Positions 50,153 through 59,769 of a stretch of DNA of 64,000 nt are shown in pieces; the stretch's first letter is position 1; every line of letters begins with the position of its first letter. Location: assembly GCA_963819815.1 (NCBI GenBank), contig CAWFXL010000001.1, forward strand, positions 384,001 to 448,000, in the 5' to 3' direction. The notes under the pieces are model-generated. The model saw nothing but the letters and a program-made list of their open reading frames with translations, was not told the DNA's origin and did no database searches. The translations under genes were made by a program, and so were the position numbers. The DNA comes from an uncultured bacterium. GTDB taxonomy: Bacteria > Babelota > Babeliae > Babelales > Babelaceae.

Positions 50153-51406
50153 ATGAAAAAATATACATTCTTACTTTTTCTTATGGCCAAGGGTTCTTTT
50201 ATTCAATCTATGACTAGCACTGCTCATGAAGTGGATTTAGGATCATATGCTAGCATTACTTCACAAAGTTCAGAAGAAATATTTCAAAAAGCAGTGAGTT
50301 GTGAACGAGTAAACGATCTTGAAAAGGCTAAAATCTTTTATGAGATAGCGGCTGATAAAGGACATGCGGCAGCACAAACTAAGGTAGGTGTTTTTTATGA
50401 AGAAGCAGGAAATAAAGAAAAAGCAAAGCGCTATTTCACCTTGGCAGCTGATCAAGGAGATTCTGAAGCTCAAAATAAATTGGGAGTACTCTTATATCAT
50501 GAAGGAAACAAAGAAGAAGCAGAACGCTTATGGAAATTAGCAACTGATAATGGGTATGACAGAGCTCAATATAACTTGGGTGTACTCCGTGAGAAAGAAG
50601 GAAACAAAGAGGAAGCAAAGCGCTTATACGAATTAGCGGCGCAACAAGGATGTGTTCTTGCTTACAATAACTTAGGGGTGCTCTTTGATGAGGAAGGAAA
50701 AAAAGAGGAAGCAAAACATTTCTATATATTAGCTGCGGATAAAGGGTGTGCTGAAGCTCAACATAATGTAGCCCTCCTATTTGAAGAGGAAGAAAATATG
50801 GAAAAAGCCAAACATTATTACAGACTAGCGGCCGATCAAGGAAATCGAGACGCACAAAATAACTTGGCAGCCATCTTTGATCAAGAAGGAAACATTGACG
50901 AAGCGCAGCATTATCATACATTAGCTGCTGACCAGGAATGTCCTAGCGATCTATCTTCTAGGGAACGCTTGGGTAAGAAGAAAGAAAACAAAAAAGGAGC
51001 AACGCACTATCCAACCTTTAAGTCTGATCAAAAATCTATGAGAGATCAATTTCTTATGGAACTAGTATTGAGAGCAGAAAGAAAAAAAGAGGAAGCCAAG
51101 GATTTCTGTAAGCTAGCCGCCGATCGCGGAGATGCCATGGGTCAAAATGAGTGGGCGAGGATCCTTGAAAAAGAAGGAGATACGCAGCAAGCGAGGCTCT
51201 ATTATACACTTGCTGCTGAACAAGGATATTCTATTGCTAACATTAACTTAGATAGGCTCGCGGAGGCATCAAGAAGCAAGGAGGAAGCAAAACGCATAGA
51301 AACATTAGCGCCTGAGCAAAAACGTCTTGACACTCAAGAGAATGTAGAAAAACTCTTTGCTAGAGAAAAAAAAACTGAGCAAGCCCCTCCTTGTAAAATG
51401 CAATGA
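50153..51406 (+). CDS. Secreted Sel1-like repeat protein ending in CaaX-like CKMQ
   Basis: Repeated LAADQG.xAQ.NLG; signal peptide. Confidence 0.92.
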   Translation: MKKYTFLLFLMAKGSFIQSMTSTAHEVDLGSYASITSQSSEEIFQKAVSCERVNDLEKAKIFYEIAADKGHAAAQTKVGVFYEEAGNKEKAKRYFTLAADQGDSEAQNKLGVLLYHEGNKEEAERLWKLATDNGYDRAQYNLGVLREKEGNKEEAKRLYELAAQQGCVLAYNNLGVLFDEEGKKEEAKHFYILAADKGCAEAQHNVALLFEEEENMEKAKHYYRLAADQGNRDAQNNLAAIFDQEGNIDEAQHYHTLAADQECPSDLSSRERLGKKKENKKGATHYPTFKSDQKSMRDQFLMELVLRAERKKEEAKDFCKLAADRGDAMGQNEWARILEKEGDTQQARLYYTLAAEQGYSIANINLDRLAEASRSKEEAKRIETLAPEQKRLDTQENVEKLFAREKKTEQAPPCKMQ

Positions 51407-51529
51407 ACCCTAAAAAAAGAATTTTTCTCCCTGAGCAGAAACCGGAAACCTGGCTTCAGGATAGGTTGGTCGTACCTGCAGATTGATAGTGAGCATTCTC
51501 GACAGCATCAAATGGTGCAATAAAAGAAA

Positions 51530-52663
51530 TCATTCACTTAATTCAAGTCGTGTCGCTTTTTTTCGACTCAATTTTGGCCGTTTTCTTTTATTTTGAAGAT
51601 CATCAGATATTGTATCTTTGAAGAGGCTGGTTATTGAAGTATACCCAAGATCTTGAGCTTGATCATGAGCCAGGGCACGATCTGTTTTTTTATCGCTCGT
51701 AGGTTGTTTGTGATTGAGTAGCGAAGCGCTAATCAAATCTTCTGCAGTCTCATTGAGCGCATTCAAGAGATCGCTAGTGGCACCAGCGGCCAGTAGAAGC
51801 TCTACCTGGTCGAAACTTCCTTTGCGCGCTGCACTATGAAGAGCGGTTTCACGTCGTTCGCTGTTATCCACGTCATCTAGAGGGACTTTAATTTTAATAA
51901 GTTCGGCAACTGTTTTGGTGAAATCTTCTGAAGAACTGGCTACCCCATAGTGAAGTGCCGTTCTTCCATCAAGACTTCTTGCCGTTACTATGGCGCGTGG
52001 GGCTATCAAGGGAATCAATGAGAAATGTCCAGCTGAGGCAGCGCAGTGCAGAGGGGTCATGCAAGCGTTGGTAACTGGATTTGCGATTAAAGCTTTTTCA
52101 TAGAGTGTTTTAAAAGTATTAAGGTGACCGCAGAGTGCCGCAAGATGCAGTGCTGATGTGCCTGTCTCATCTTTTGCTCCAAGTTGTTCCCCTACGTGGG
52201 ATGAAAGGAGTATAAGAAGGAAGTGTGCATTTCCAGCCTGAAGAGCGGTATGAAGAGGCATGTATTGATCTCTATTCTTAATAAGACGGTCTGCACCTGC
52301 TTCTAATAAAGCGTTTCCACATCCTGTATATCCATGTTTAGCGGCATGGTGAAGCGGGGTACAACCGGCATGATCTTGCGCGTTGGAAAGCGCACCACAT
52401 TTTACAAGCAAGCGCACGAGAGCAGTTCTCCCTTGCGATGCGGCAAGATGAAGCGCGGTTTGACCTGAAGCAGTAACCGCTGAAAGGTCGGCGCCTTGCT
52501 CAACAAGCTCCGCAATGAGATCTCCATGTCCTTCATTAACAGCTCTTAGCAACCGTTCATTTAAATGAGCTTTCATTAATCCGTCAGAATAAGCCTTCTG
52601 CATAGCAGTAACCGTTGAATAGGGAATAATTATCATGAGACACAGAAGAAATTGTATGTTCAC
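51530..52663 (-). CDS. Secreted ankyrin-repeat protein with basic NLS-like C-terminus
   Basis: GQTALHLAA, GCTPLHHAA; KRKRPKLSRKK. Confidence 0.92.
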   Translation of the reverse strand: MNIQFLLCLMIIIPYSTVTAMQKAYSDGLMKAHLNERLLRAVNEGHGDLIAELVEQGADLSAVTASGQTALHLAASQGRTALVRLLVKCGALSNAQDHAGCTPLHHAAKHGYTGCGNALLEAGADRLIKNRDQYMPLHTALQAGNAHFLLILLSSHVGEQLGAKDETGTSALHLAALCGHLNTFKTLYEKALIANPVTNACMTPLHCAASAGHFSLIPLIAPRAIVTARSLDGRTALHYGVASSSEDFTKTVAELIKIKVPLDDVDNSERRETALHSAARKGSFDQVELLLAAGATSDLLNALNETAEDLISASLLNHKQPTSDKKTDRALAHDQAQDLGYTSITSLFKDTISDDLQNKRKRPKLSRKKATRLELSE

Positions 52664-52821
52664 TAAGGCTTCCTTTCAATAATTTTTTTCGACCAGTATA
52701 GCCTAGCAGATACGGTGAGAAATGGAAGGCAGCGGCATATAAAGAGTGCAGCAAGGCGTCTATGCCCACCTATATTTAACAACCCAAACAATAGCCTATA
52801 CTCGACTATTTTTTATCTCAT

Positions 52822-52858
52822 AACCAATGAGCCTTCTTAAATAGAAGGCTCATTGGTT
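52822..52858 (-). terminator. Hairpin downstream of the beta-helix gene
   Basis: AACCAATGAGCCTTCT-taaat-AGAAGGCTCATTGGTT, 16-bp stem. Confidence 0.7.
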
Positions 52859-52912
52859 CTAAAGTATTTTCTTATATCTATCAGCTTGCTAAAAGCTGAC
52901 TTTGAATTGATC

Positions 52913-54577
52913 TTATTTAGAACAACCGTGTGGTGGACATGGCAAGGGATTTAGAAGAGGATTAGATGCGTTAACCACACTTGTATTTCCGGTACCCGTG
53001 ATCACAATTTGACTATCAGTAGGTCCAAAGCAATTTCCATGCTTACAGGTTTGGTACGTACCGCACGGCGTACATGGACCTGTTGATGGGCCCCACCAAT
53101 TTTGACAAAGCAGGTAGTTAAGATTACCTTGCGTATCATGCACTTCATAAAGAAAGTTTTCAAAATTATTGTGACAAGCACGAATGGTTCCATGATTACT
53201 CAAATTGCTGGTGGGAGGTATGGGATTAACTAAAAAGGCACTTCCAGTAGGATTATTGCTTGGATCGTGACCGCCAATAAAACAGTTGCGCTCAATATCC
53301 AGATCAAAAATATTCCACGGACCAGTTATTGTTTGTAAATCAAATGCATTAGTTGTCGGAGCTCCAGAAACATACACCCCATTATAGAGATTGTTTTTTA
53401 TATCTGCGTAAAGACTTGGAAAATTAGTGCCTGCTGGGGAGCTCGATGTACTGTTGAATACAAAAAAGAATTCATTAGCGGTAACATTATTATTACATAC
53501 GGTTACTTTTTGCAGAGAGTCTTTGTTGCTTAGGCTGCCATTAAACTGACAACCGAGAAGAGCTGCTCTATAGAGGACCGTGTTTCTCGTAACGACTAAC
53601 TCACCCTTTGAACCAGTTATCGTGCGAAACCTAATGGCATCTCTTCCAGCAGTACTATTATTAACAATCGCATCAAGTTTAAAGAGGCAGGAATCAATTT
53701 CTAAATATTCAAATGTTCCAACGTCAGTTGGGTCAGCACCGATATCACCAGCTGCTGGATTGTTATAGAAATTACACTCGTCTACATGAGAATGCTGCTG
53801 CGCTTGTAGTGAAGGTATTAGTAAAATCATAAGTCCTCGAGCAAGGACATTATCATGAAAAGAACTGCGAGTAATAGTAACGTTTGATTCCGTGTTAGCA
53901 TCATGAGCAGCTACTTCAATGCAACTACTTGAAGAAGATGACGAAGAAAAACCTGAAAAATCAGACAAGCACGCTTCAAACTCTCTTTTTATACCCCCAA
54001 GCACAGTTTCAAAGATACCATGGCTATTAGCTGAAGAGCTGCTGACCATCTTCACACGCTCAAAATGAGTTTTGCCTGGATTCTTACAAGTGCCAACTAT
54101 GCCACTTACAAAGTCGGAAACGCGGAGATTTTTTACTGTCAAATCTTTTGCATTGTCGTAAAGGATAACATTACTTTTCGTATCTTTAATATAGATATTT
54201 TTGATTGTCGCATCTCCTGAAACGACAATCCCATTTCCACCATTTGAACTGAGGCTCATATTGGTAATCAGAGACTGTTCAGGGGAGAATGGATTCCCTA
54301 TAGGATCAACCTCGCCAATCAACTTTTGACCATCAAGGAGAGTAATTCCTCCATCAAGCGCTGTCGTTGACCCAAGAACAATGAGGGTTTCCCACTCTGT
54401 ATTATGGGATTGTGCTTGCGCTAATGAGATATAGGGATTCTTTTTTGAGCCAAGTCCAGGTGCCGAGGCCCCGCTTTGGACATACCGAACTCTTGCGCGC
54501 TCATCATTACAAGGCTGAGATGATATATTAGATGCAAGGATTAATACAAAGCTTAAGCTATAGAGAAACAGTTTCAT
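52913..54577 (-). CDS. Secreted right-handed parallel beta-helix (pectin-lyase-like fold) protein with Cys-rich C-terminus
   Basis: YV...GLGSKKNPYISLAQA cap motif, Asn-rich beta repeats, NWWG; start MKLFLY. Confidence 0.7.
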   Translation of the reverse strand: MKLFLYSLSFVLILASNISSQPCNDERARVRYVQSGASAPGLGSKKNPYISLAQAQSHNTEWETLIVLGSTTALDGGITLLDGQKLIGEVDPIGNPFSPEQSLITNMSLSSNGGNGIVVSGDATIKNIYIKDTKSNVILYDNAKDLTVKNLRVSDFVSGIVGTCKNPGKTHFERVKMVSSSSANSHGIFETVLGGIKREFEACLSDFSGFSSSSSSSSCIEVAAHDANTESNVTITRSSFHDNVLARGLMILLIPSLQAQQHSHVDECNFYNNPAAGDIGADPTDVGTFEYLEIDSCLFKLDAIVNNSTAGRDAIRFRTITGSKGELVVTRNTVLYRAALLGCQFNGSLSNKDSLQKVTVCNNNVTANEFFFVFNSTSSSPAGTNFPSLYADIKNNLYNGVYVSGAPTTNAFDLQTITGPWNIFDLDIERNCFIGGHDPSNNPTGSAFLVNPIPPTSNLSNHGTIRACHNNFENFLYEVHDTQGNLNYLLCQNWWGPSTGPCTPCGTYQTCKHGNCFGPTDSQIVITGTGNTSVVNASNPLLNPLPCPPHGCSK

Positions 54578-55114
54578 TGAAATTCCCCCCAAAAATGACT
54601 CTATGGGTCCAGTACCCATTTAACTTAATCTTACCAAAAAAGAGTTCTAAGGTTCAAGAGACAGTAGACTCGGTGACCGCAAGAACAAAACAGCATGAGA
54701 TAGAGAGCAACCTTGTTGTAAACATATGAACTTGTCGAAAAGATCGTCCAGATCTCAAGAGTAGGGGTATCGCCACGGCCAGTTTTTTGATCCGCCCGTG
54801 GCCAGGTTATCCAACAACAGATTTTTATTTTTGTCTCAAAGAGAGCTTAATATTTCCAGTTTCATAATCAACATGGGCTTCATGCCCGAAAAAGGAATTT
54901 GCACAACGAAGGTGTTCCTGCCCGACCACAGTCGAACTTGGACGTTGTCGCAGCCAAAAAAATGGAATTGGCACTGCAAGTTCCCTGTATACTCCAACCC
55001 TCATCTCTAAAAATGTGCCGATGTGAATAATTTGTAATAAAAAAATCTTGACTTCTGGCTGAAGTATTCAGTAACATTAAAGTAGTATAGCCCAAAATTA
55101 AAAAGGAAAAACGT

Positions 55115-55480
55115 ATGAATAAGAAATTTCTATGTATGTTCGCACTCCTCAACATAGTAGCACCATCTATGGCGTATACCCATACTATTTATAACACAAC
55201 AACCGGTGAAATTCGAGTTAAGCTAAAGGAGATTCTTTGTAAAAATGACAATATAACGCTCCAACCGGGTGAAACCCAACAGATAAGCGTTGCAGGTTGC
55301 ATGACGAGCGCAGTAGAAGCCCGAGGTCTTTCTGGACCTGTTGCGGGAAAATCCGTAGTAGTTCCCGTTAAAGGTAATAAGGCAGCCGGTTATGAGTGGT
55401 ATGTGAATCTTGTGGATTTCAAAACCTCCGGGACTTCCATCGTCCCAGGGAGTGGAAGATTAGATATCGAACAACGGTAA
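55115..55480 (+). CDS. Small secreted beta-rich hypothetical protein
   Basis: AAGGA RBS, signal peptide ending SMA, Cys pair. Confidence 0.75.
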   Translation: MNKKFLCMFALLNIVAPSMAYTHTIYNTTTGEIRVKLKEILCKNDNITLQPGETQQISVAGCMTSAVEARGLSGPVAGKSVVVPVKGNKAAGYEWYVNLVDFKTSGTSIVPGSGRLDIEQR

Positions 55481-55503
55481 ACTACAACACATGCGTTATA
55501 TAA

Positions 55504-55700
55504 GACGGTGGAAAAATTTCTGCTGAATTATTATTAGAGGTTTTAGAAGCAATACCACATTGTGTGGGTGAGAAGTTTGTATATAGTAAAATAGATAAAA
55601 GTGTACGAATTGAACAGATCAAGAGAGCTTTTGGACTTCTGCGCAAAGCAAGAGTTTGTCACGAAATATCAGCAGTTGCAGCAAACGGGGTTCCTTGGAA
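55504..55700 (+). pseudogene. Internal fragment of an AAA_14/DUF4143-type ATPase gene
   Basis: LLEVLEAIPHCVGEKFVYSKIDKSVRIEQIKRAFGLLRKARVCHEISAVAANGVP; no start codon and no Walker motifs. Confidence 0.65.
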
Positions 55701-55710
55701 TGTGCTCTCT

Positions 55711-56565
55711 TTAGAGAAGTTTCTTGCATACAGATTTATGCTCCACCCAATCATGCTTCTGACATGAAGGGGAACAATAAGTGTTTTGTTTACATTGAGA
55801 ACATCGATAGATGACAGCCTTCTTTTGACAGTATGCGCAGGTTAGTTCAAAAATTTCTAACACTCCTACATTATTATAGATTTTTGCAAGGGCGTATGGC
55901 GTAATGCCTGAGTTCTGAGGAGCTTGATAATCAGCTCCATGTGCCAATAGAATTTTAGTGATTTCTTTATTTGCTTCACTGCTGAAAGGTTTTTCGATAG
56001 GAATTAGAGGATGAAAAGAATTCTCAGAATCATTAAAGTGCTTTTCACCACCAACAGCCGCGAAATGAAGAGCGGTTGCGTCGCTTTGCGTACCTGTCTT
56101 AACATTAGCTCCATACCGAGTAAGAGTCCTGACACTTTCAACTTCACCTCGCAATACAGCAATGTGAAGGGGTGTCATGTTATCCTGACCAAGTACATCA
56201 ACCACTGCACCAGCATTAAGAAGCATCCTGAGACTTTCTATATTGCCTACATACGCTGCTACATGGACTGGGGTTTTTCCGTGCCCATCTAAGGAGTTTA
56301 AATCAACTTTTTTTGTTGCTAGAAGGAGCGCAAGGCAAGCGACGTGATTTCCTAGAGCTGCATGATGAAGGACTGTAGCTAAATTTTCATCCTTTGCTTT
56401 CAGATCGGCCCCATTTTCAATGCATTCATTCAGTGATTCGGGAACTCCTTCAGCTACGGCATTAAATAATTTTCGTGTAAGAACTTCTTTGCTGCAAGCA
56501 AAACCCAGTGAATCAACGTTCAAGAGGAATATCATGCTAAGTACACTGACAGGTTTTATAGCCAT
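55711..56565 (-). CDS. Secreted ankyrin-repeat protein with C-terminal MYND zinc finger
   Basis: CAYC...RCSQCKQNTYCSPSCQKHDWVEHKSVC. Confidence 0.92.
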   Translation of the reverse strand: MAIKPVSVLSMIFLLNVDSLGFACSKEVLTRKLFNAVAEGVPESLNECIENGADLKAKDENLATVLHHAALGNHVACLALLLATKKVDLNSLDGHGKTPVHVAAYVGNIESLRMLLNAGAVVDVLGQDNMTPLHIAVLRGEVESVRTLTRYGANVKTGTQSDATALHFAAVGGEKHFNDSENSFHPLIPIEKPFSSEANKEITKILLAHGADYQAPQNSGITPYALAKIYNNVGVLEIFELTCAYCQKKAVIYRCSQCKQNTYCSPSCQKHDWVEHKSVCKKLL

Positions 56566-56950
56566 TGGATAAGACCTTTCTAAGGATTAAAATGTCGTTA
56601 TTCATACTTTATACCACAATAAGAACAAGATGAAAATGCTCAACACAAGAGATAAAGTAACTTTTAAGCATACGGAGTTGATCTTAGCTAGGGAATTCTA
56701 TATGCTGAGGGCAATACATAATGTTCACTAAGAAGGGTGAATCAATTACTCCCACATTAAAGAAGTTTATATGAAACGTATTATTTTAATAGGCATGCTG
56801 TTCTTAGTAAGTTCTCTTCATGCCGAGAGTACGATTCAGGAAGAAACAGACGCAATTATTCTAGAACATAAAGCAGTTTCTGCTTTAAAAGCTAGTTTTG
56901 TGACACATGCTTCTAGTATCAAGATGCGGCATAATAAAAGGAGGAGTCGT

Positions 56951-57136
56951 ATGAAAAAGAATATTGGAAAAGTTGACCGTATTGTACGCGCATTACTTGC
57001 AATCTTGCTATTTGGCTTTGCGTGGTGGTTTCATAGCTTCATTCTAATGGGCTTTGCAATTTTCACAGCATACGAAAGTATTGCTAGTTGGTGCATAATA
57101 TACCAGCTCCTAGGAAAAAATTCCTGTCCTATTTAG
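56951..57136 (+). CDS. DUF2892 (YgaP-like) inner-membrane protein; in frame with an upstream signal-peptide ORF from 56771
   Basis: MKKNIGKVDRIVR...WCIIYQLLGKNSCP, with its own AGGAGG RBS. Confidence 0.82.
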   Translation: MKKNIGKVDRIVRALLAILLFGFAWWFHSFILMGFAIFTAYESIASWCIIYQLLGKNSCPI

Positions 57137-57334
57137 CAATCTCGTCCTATGCTTGATTAGAACAAGAGTATTACGTGCAAAATAATGTGGCAAGTCACTA
57201 CATGATGCTAATTTGACGAAAATACGCTAAATATTATAGACTCATTAGAGAGGTCGTTTGCTGAGAAAATAAGTATACCAAGCCTTAGTTAGGCAGCAAT
57301 ACAATCGTAGTATGATTTGTAGTGAAAGAAATTC

Positions 57335-57901
57335 ATGAAAAAATATGTATACCTTATGATTACTGTAGGTCTGTTGAGTGGCATGAGTCCGCTCCTCTCA
57401 TCTAAAGGACCTATAAGACCACTTGAGGCGGCAATAAAAGCGTGTGACCTCAGTGCGGTAAGAGTCGAGTTTAAAAAATTAAAAAGTCGTTCAGAACCGG
57501 ATGTTTTGAAGAAGCAGCTTGAAGAGCTTCTCGAAACTGCCCATGATGTTCTTGATAACCCCCCAGCACCGAAAGACACCTGCTCTCAAGGAAGCCCCTT
57601 GTTTAAAGGTATTTTTGGCATCTTTTTAATAGCTAAAATTGCTCCGTTTCTACTCTTTGGTGGTTCTAAATTAATGTTTGATACTGCCGATGGTCAGAAT
57701 GAAGTTAAATCTGCTGCTCGGATTGCTCTAGGAGCAGGCATGACTGCTATAGGACTTATTGTAGCTCGTAATGGGATAAACTACATCAGTGAAGCACTGG
57801 GTCAAAATACGATTAGTTCAAATCTTAAAAATGCCCAGACAGTTGTAGATTTCCTTGAAAAAAGCTTAGTGACATTGCAGGAAGATCTACCAGAGGCCTA
57901 G
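57335..57901 (+). CDS. Secreted/membrane two-TM hairpin protein (distant paralog of 14490 and 15547)
   Basis: AAIKACDLSAVRVEFKKL...LKKQLEELL...NAQTVVDFLEKSL matches AIRRCDLDAVQCEVAKL...LKGHLETLL...KAQAIKAYLEKEL. Confidence 0.82.
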   Translation: MKKYVYLMITVGLLSGMSPLLSSKGPIRPLEAAIKACDLSAVRVEFKKLKSRSEPDVLKKQLEELLETAHDVLDNPPAPKDTCSQGSPLFKGIFGIFLIAKIAPFLLFGGSKLMFDTADGQNEVKSAARIALGAGMTAIGLIVARNGINYISEALGQNTISSNLKNAQTVVDFLEKSLVTLQEDLPEA

Positions 57902-58281
57902 AGTCGTTAATGTTATTAAAATGAAGTTTTAAACAAACTTGAGCGAGTTATCGATTTTACCCCCTTCACGTCCGAACCTTCGCCGTAGTATCTTCGTAGG
58001 CACCGGTAATAACCTGAGATTCATCGGCACTAAAACATATGATGAGGATTCTCCCCCTTATGCAAAAAAGTATGCAAGGGGTCACCTGATCGAGCATTCC
58101 AAAGCTTAGCCGTATCTTGTGACCCTGTAATAAGGTAGGTACCTTGTGAACTCATAGCTACTAACCACACTGCTGTTCTATGCTCAAAAGAGCATATGGG
58201 AGGCTTTTGACATGAAAATGGCTCCTTTGTATCCTAAATAAAGATGGCAACAAAATAATTAAATAAATAAAGTAGGGTGAC

Positions 58282-59475
58282 ATGAATCTATCCTTCGTTT
58301 CATATCATACACTTTTTACCATGTTTATTTTGAGCACTTTTTCAATGAGGCTGTATGGACAAAATATGTTTGCTCAAGAAAGTTATGAGACTGTATGGCA
58401 ACGTAGTAAAAAAGTTATGCTCGCTGGAGGTCGACTTGAGTGTATGCAACTAGCCTTTGAGGGTATTCCCGGAATTATTCGCATAAGGGGTGGGCATAGA
58501 GATAGGGATAAAGCCTTTGGATCAAACAAAATCAGCCCTGAAAATAGAAATCTAAAAATAAAAGCAGGCCTCCTCCAAGAAGCCATTGTTATTTCCTATG
58601 ATCCAAGACAGATTACACTTAGTCGTATCCTTAATCGTTTTTGGCGATCTATCGATCCTACAGATGCTGAAGGTCAATTTGCCGATAGAGGTCCACGCTA
58701 TGCGACTACAATTTTCTATAGCGATGAAAGTGAAAAACGCATCGCAGAAAAATCAAAACGTATTGTTGAAATGAGTTTTGCTGAACCAATTGCAACTTCT
58801 ATAGAAGCTGCGAGGTTTCATTACTTATATTCTCCAGAATGGGTTGATTCTGATGCTCACAAAGTTTTCTCTGACTTTACTCCTCTCGATGACGATTACA
58901 CTAAAAAAAGCCCTCAAAAAATTGGACGTTATTGTGAGAATTCTGGACGAACTGCTGCACTTGAAGAACTGTGGCACTCTAAAAGAAGGCCGCATCCTGT
59001 GTATTCTACTCAAGAACTTAAAGCTCGGTTAACGCCAGAGCAATATAGGGTTACACAGGAAAAAGAGCTTGAGCAACCTTATGCAAATGATTATTGGAAA
59101 AAGAAAAAAGAGGAGAGAGGAATCTATGTCGATATTGTTACTGGTGAGCCACTCTTTAGTTCTCGCGATAAACTAAAATCAAAAAATGGTTGGCCAAGAT
59201 TTAGAATACCGGTCGAAGATCCTTATACTGGTGATGGCACACCTTGGTCCTTCGATCTGAATGTTGTAATGAGAGGGTCTTTTGAACAGGGAATAAATGG
59301 TCCGCAGCAGGTAGAGGTAAGAAGTCGTTTTGGCAATTCACATCTTGGATACTTCCGCCATGTATTTCCTTTTGGACATAATAGCTGGTTTCTCGTTAAC
59401 TCAGCTGCATTAAGATTCATAGCTGAAGAAGATCTTGATAAGGAGGGGTACGGTGAGTACCGTAAACTTCTCTAA
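58282..59475 (+). CDS. msrAB: MsrA/MsrB fusion homolog with both catalytic motifs degenerate
   Basis: IDPTDAEGQFADRGPRY (MsrA); LTPEQYRVTQ, GIYVDIVTGEPLFSS, EVRS..GNSHLG, VNSAALRF (MsrB). GCFW is replaced by GRLE and RYCIN by WFLVN. Confidence 0.85.
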   Translation: MNLSFVSYHTLFTMFILSTFSMRLYGQNMFAQESYETVWQRSKKVMLAGGRLECMQLAFEGIPGIIRIRGGHRDRDKAFGSNKISPENRNLKIKAGLLQEAIVISYDPRQITLSRILNRFWRSIDPTDAEGQFADRGPRYATTIFYSDESEKRIAEKSKRIVEMSFAEPIATSIEAARFHYLYSPEWVDSDAHKVFSDFTPLDDDYTKKSPQKIGRYCENSGRTAALEELWHSKRRPHPVYSTQELKARLTPEQYRVTQEKELEQPYANDYWKKKKEERGIYVDIVTGEPLFSSRDKLKSKNGWPRFRIPVEDPYTGDGTPWSFDLNVVMRGSFEQGINGPQQVEVRSRFGNSHLGYFRHVFPFGHNSWFLVNSAALRFIAEEDLDKEGYGEYRKLL

Positions 59476-59704
59476 ATAACCATCGAGAATCTAGTCTATA
59501 GAGTTACCTCTAGACCCTAAAAAAAGGCCTGCATGTCCGAAAAGCGCACATTGCAGACATGAAAATTCCTTATTTTTAATCATCTTTTACTTTTGATGGT
59601 AGTCACAATTGAAGGCTCGGAATGTATCCGAAACTGACGAACACTTGAAGATATAGGCAATGCAGACATGAAATTTAAGAAATAACCACCCTCATAGAAA
59701 ACCA

Positions 59705-59734
59705 TTGACACGATAAGCTCATATTTTATATACT
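59705..59734 (+). promoter_or_regulatory. Near-consensus sigma70 promoter
   Basis: TTGACA-N18-TATACT. Confidence 0.65.
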
Positions 59735-59769
59735 AATAGAAAACATGGGCAAGAGTCTGAGGTAGTTAC

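Noticed and set aside
54730..55010. GC-richer intergenic stretch with possible RNA structure or short ORFs
   Set aside because: No recognisable RNA family, riboswitch or protein motif
57984..58109. Short frame containing YARGHLIEH, reminiscent of a His-Me endonuclease RGH motif
   Set aside because: 41 codons, no start, and a single short motif; could be chance
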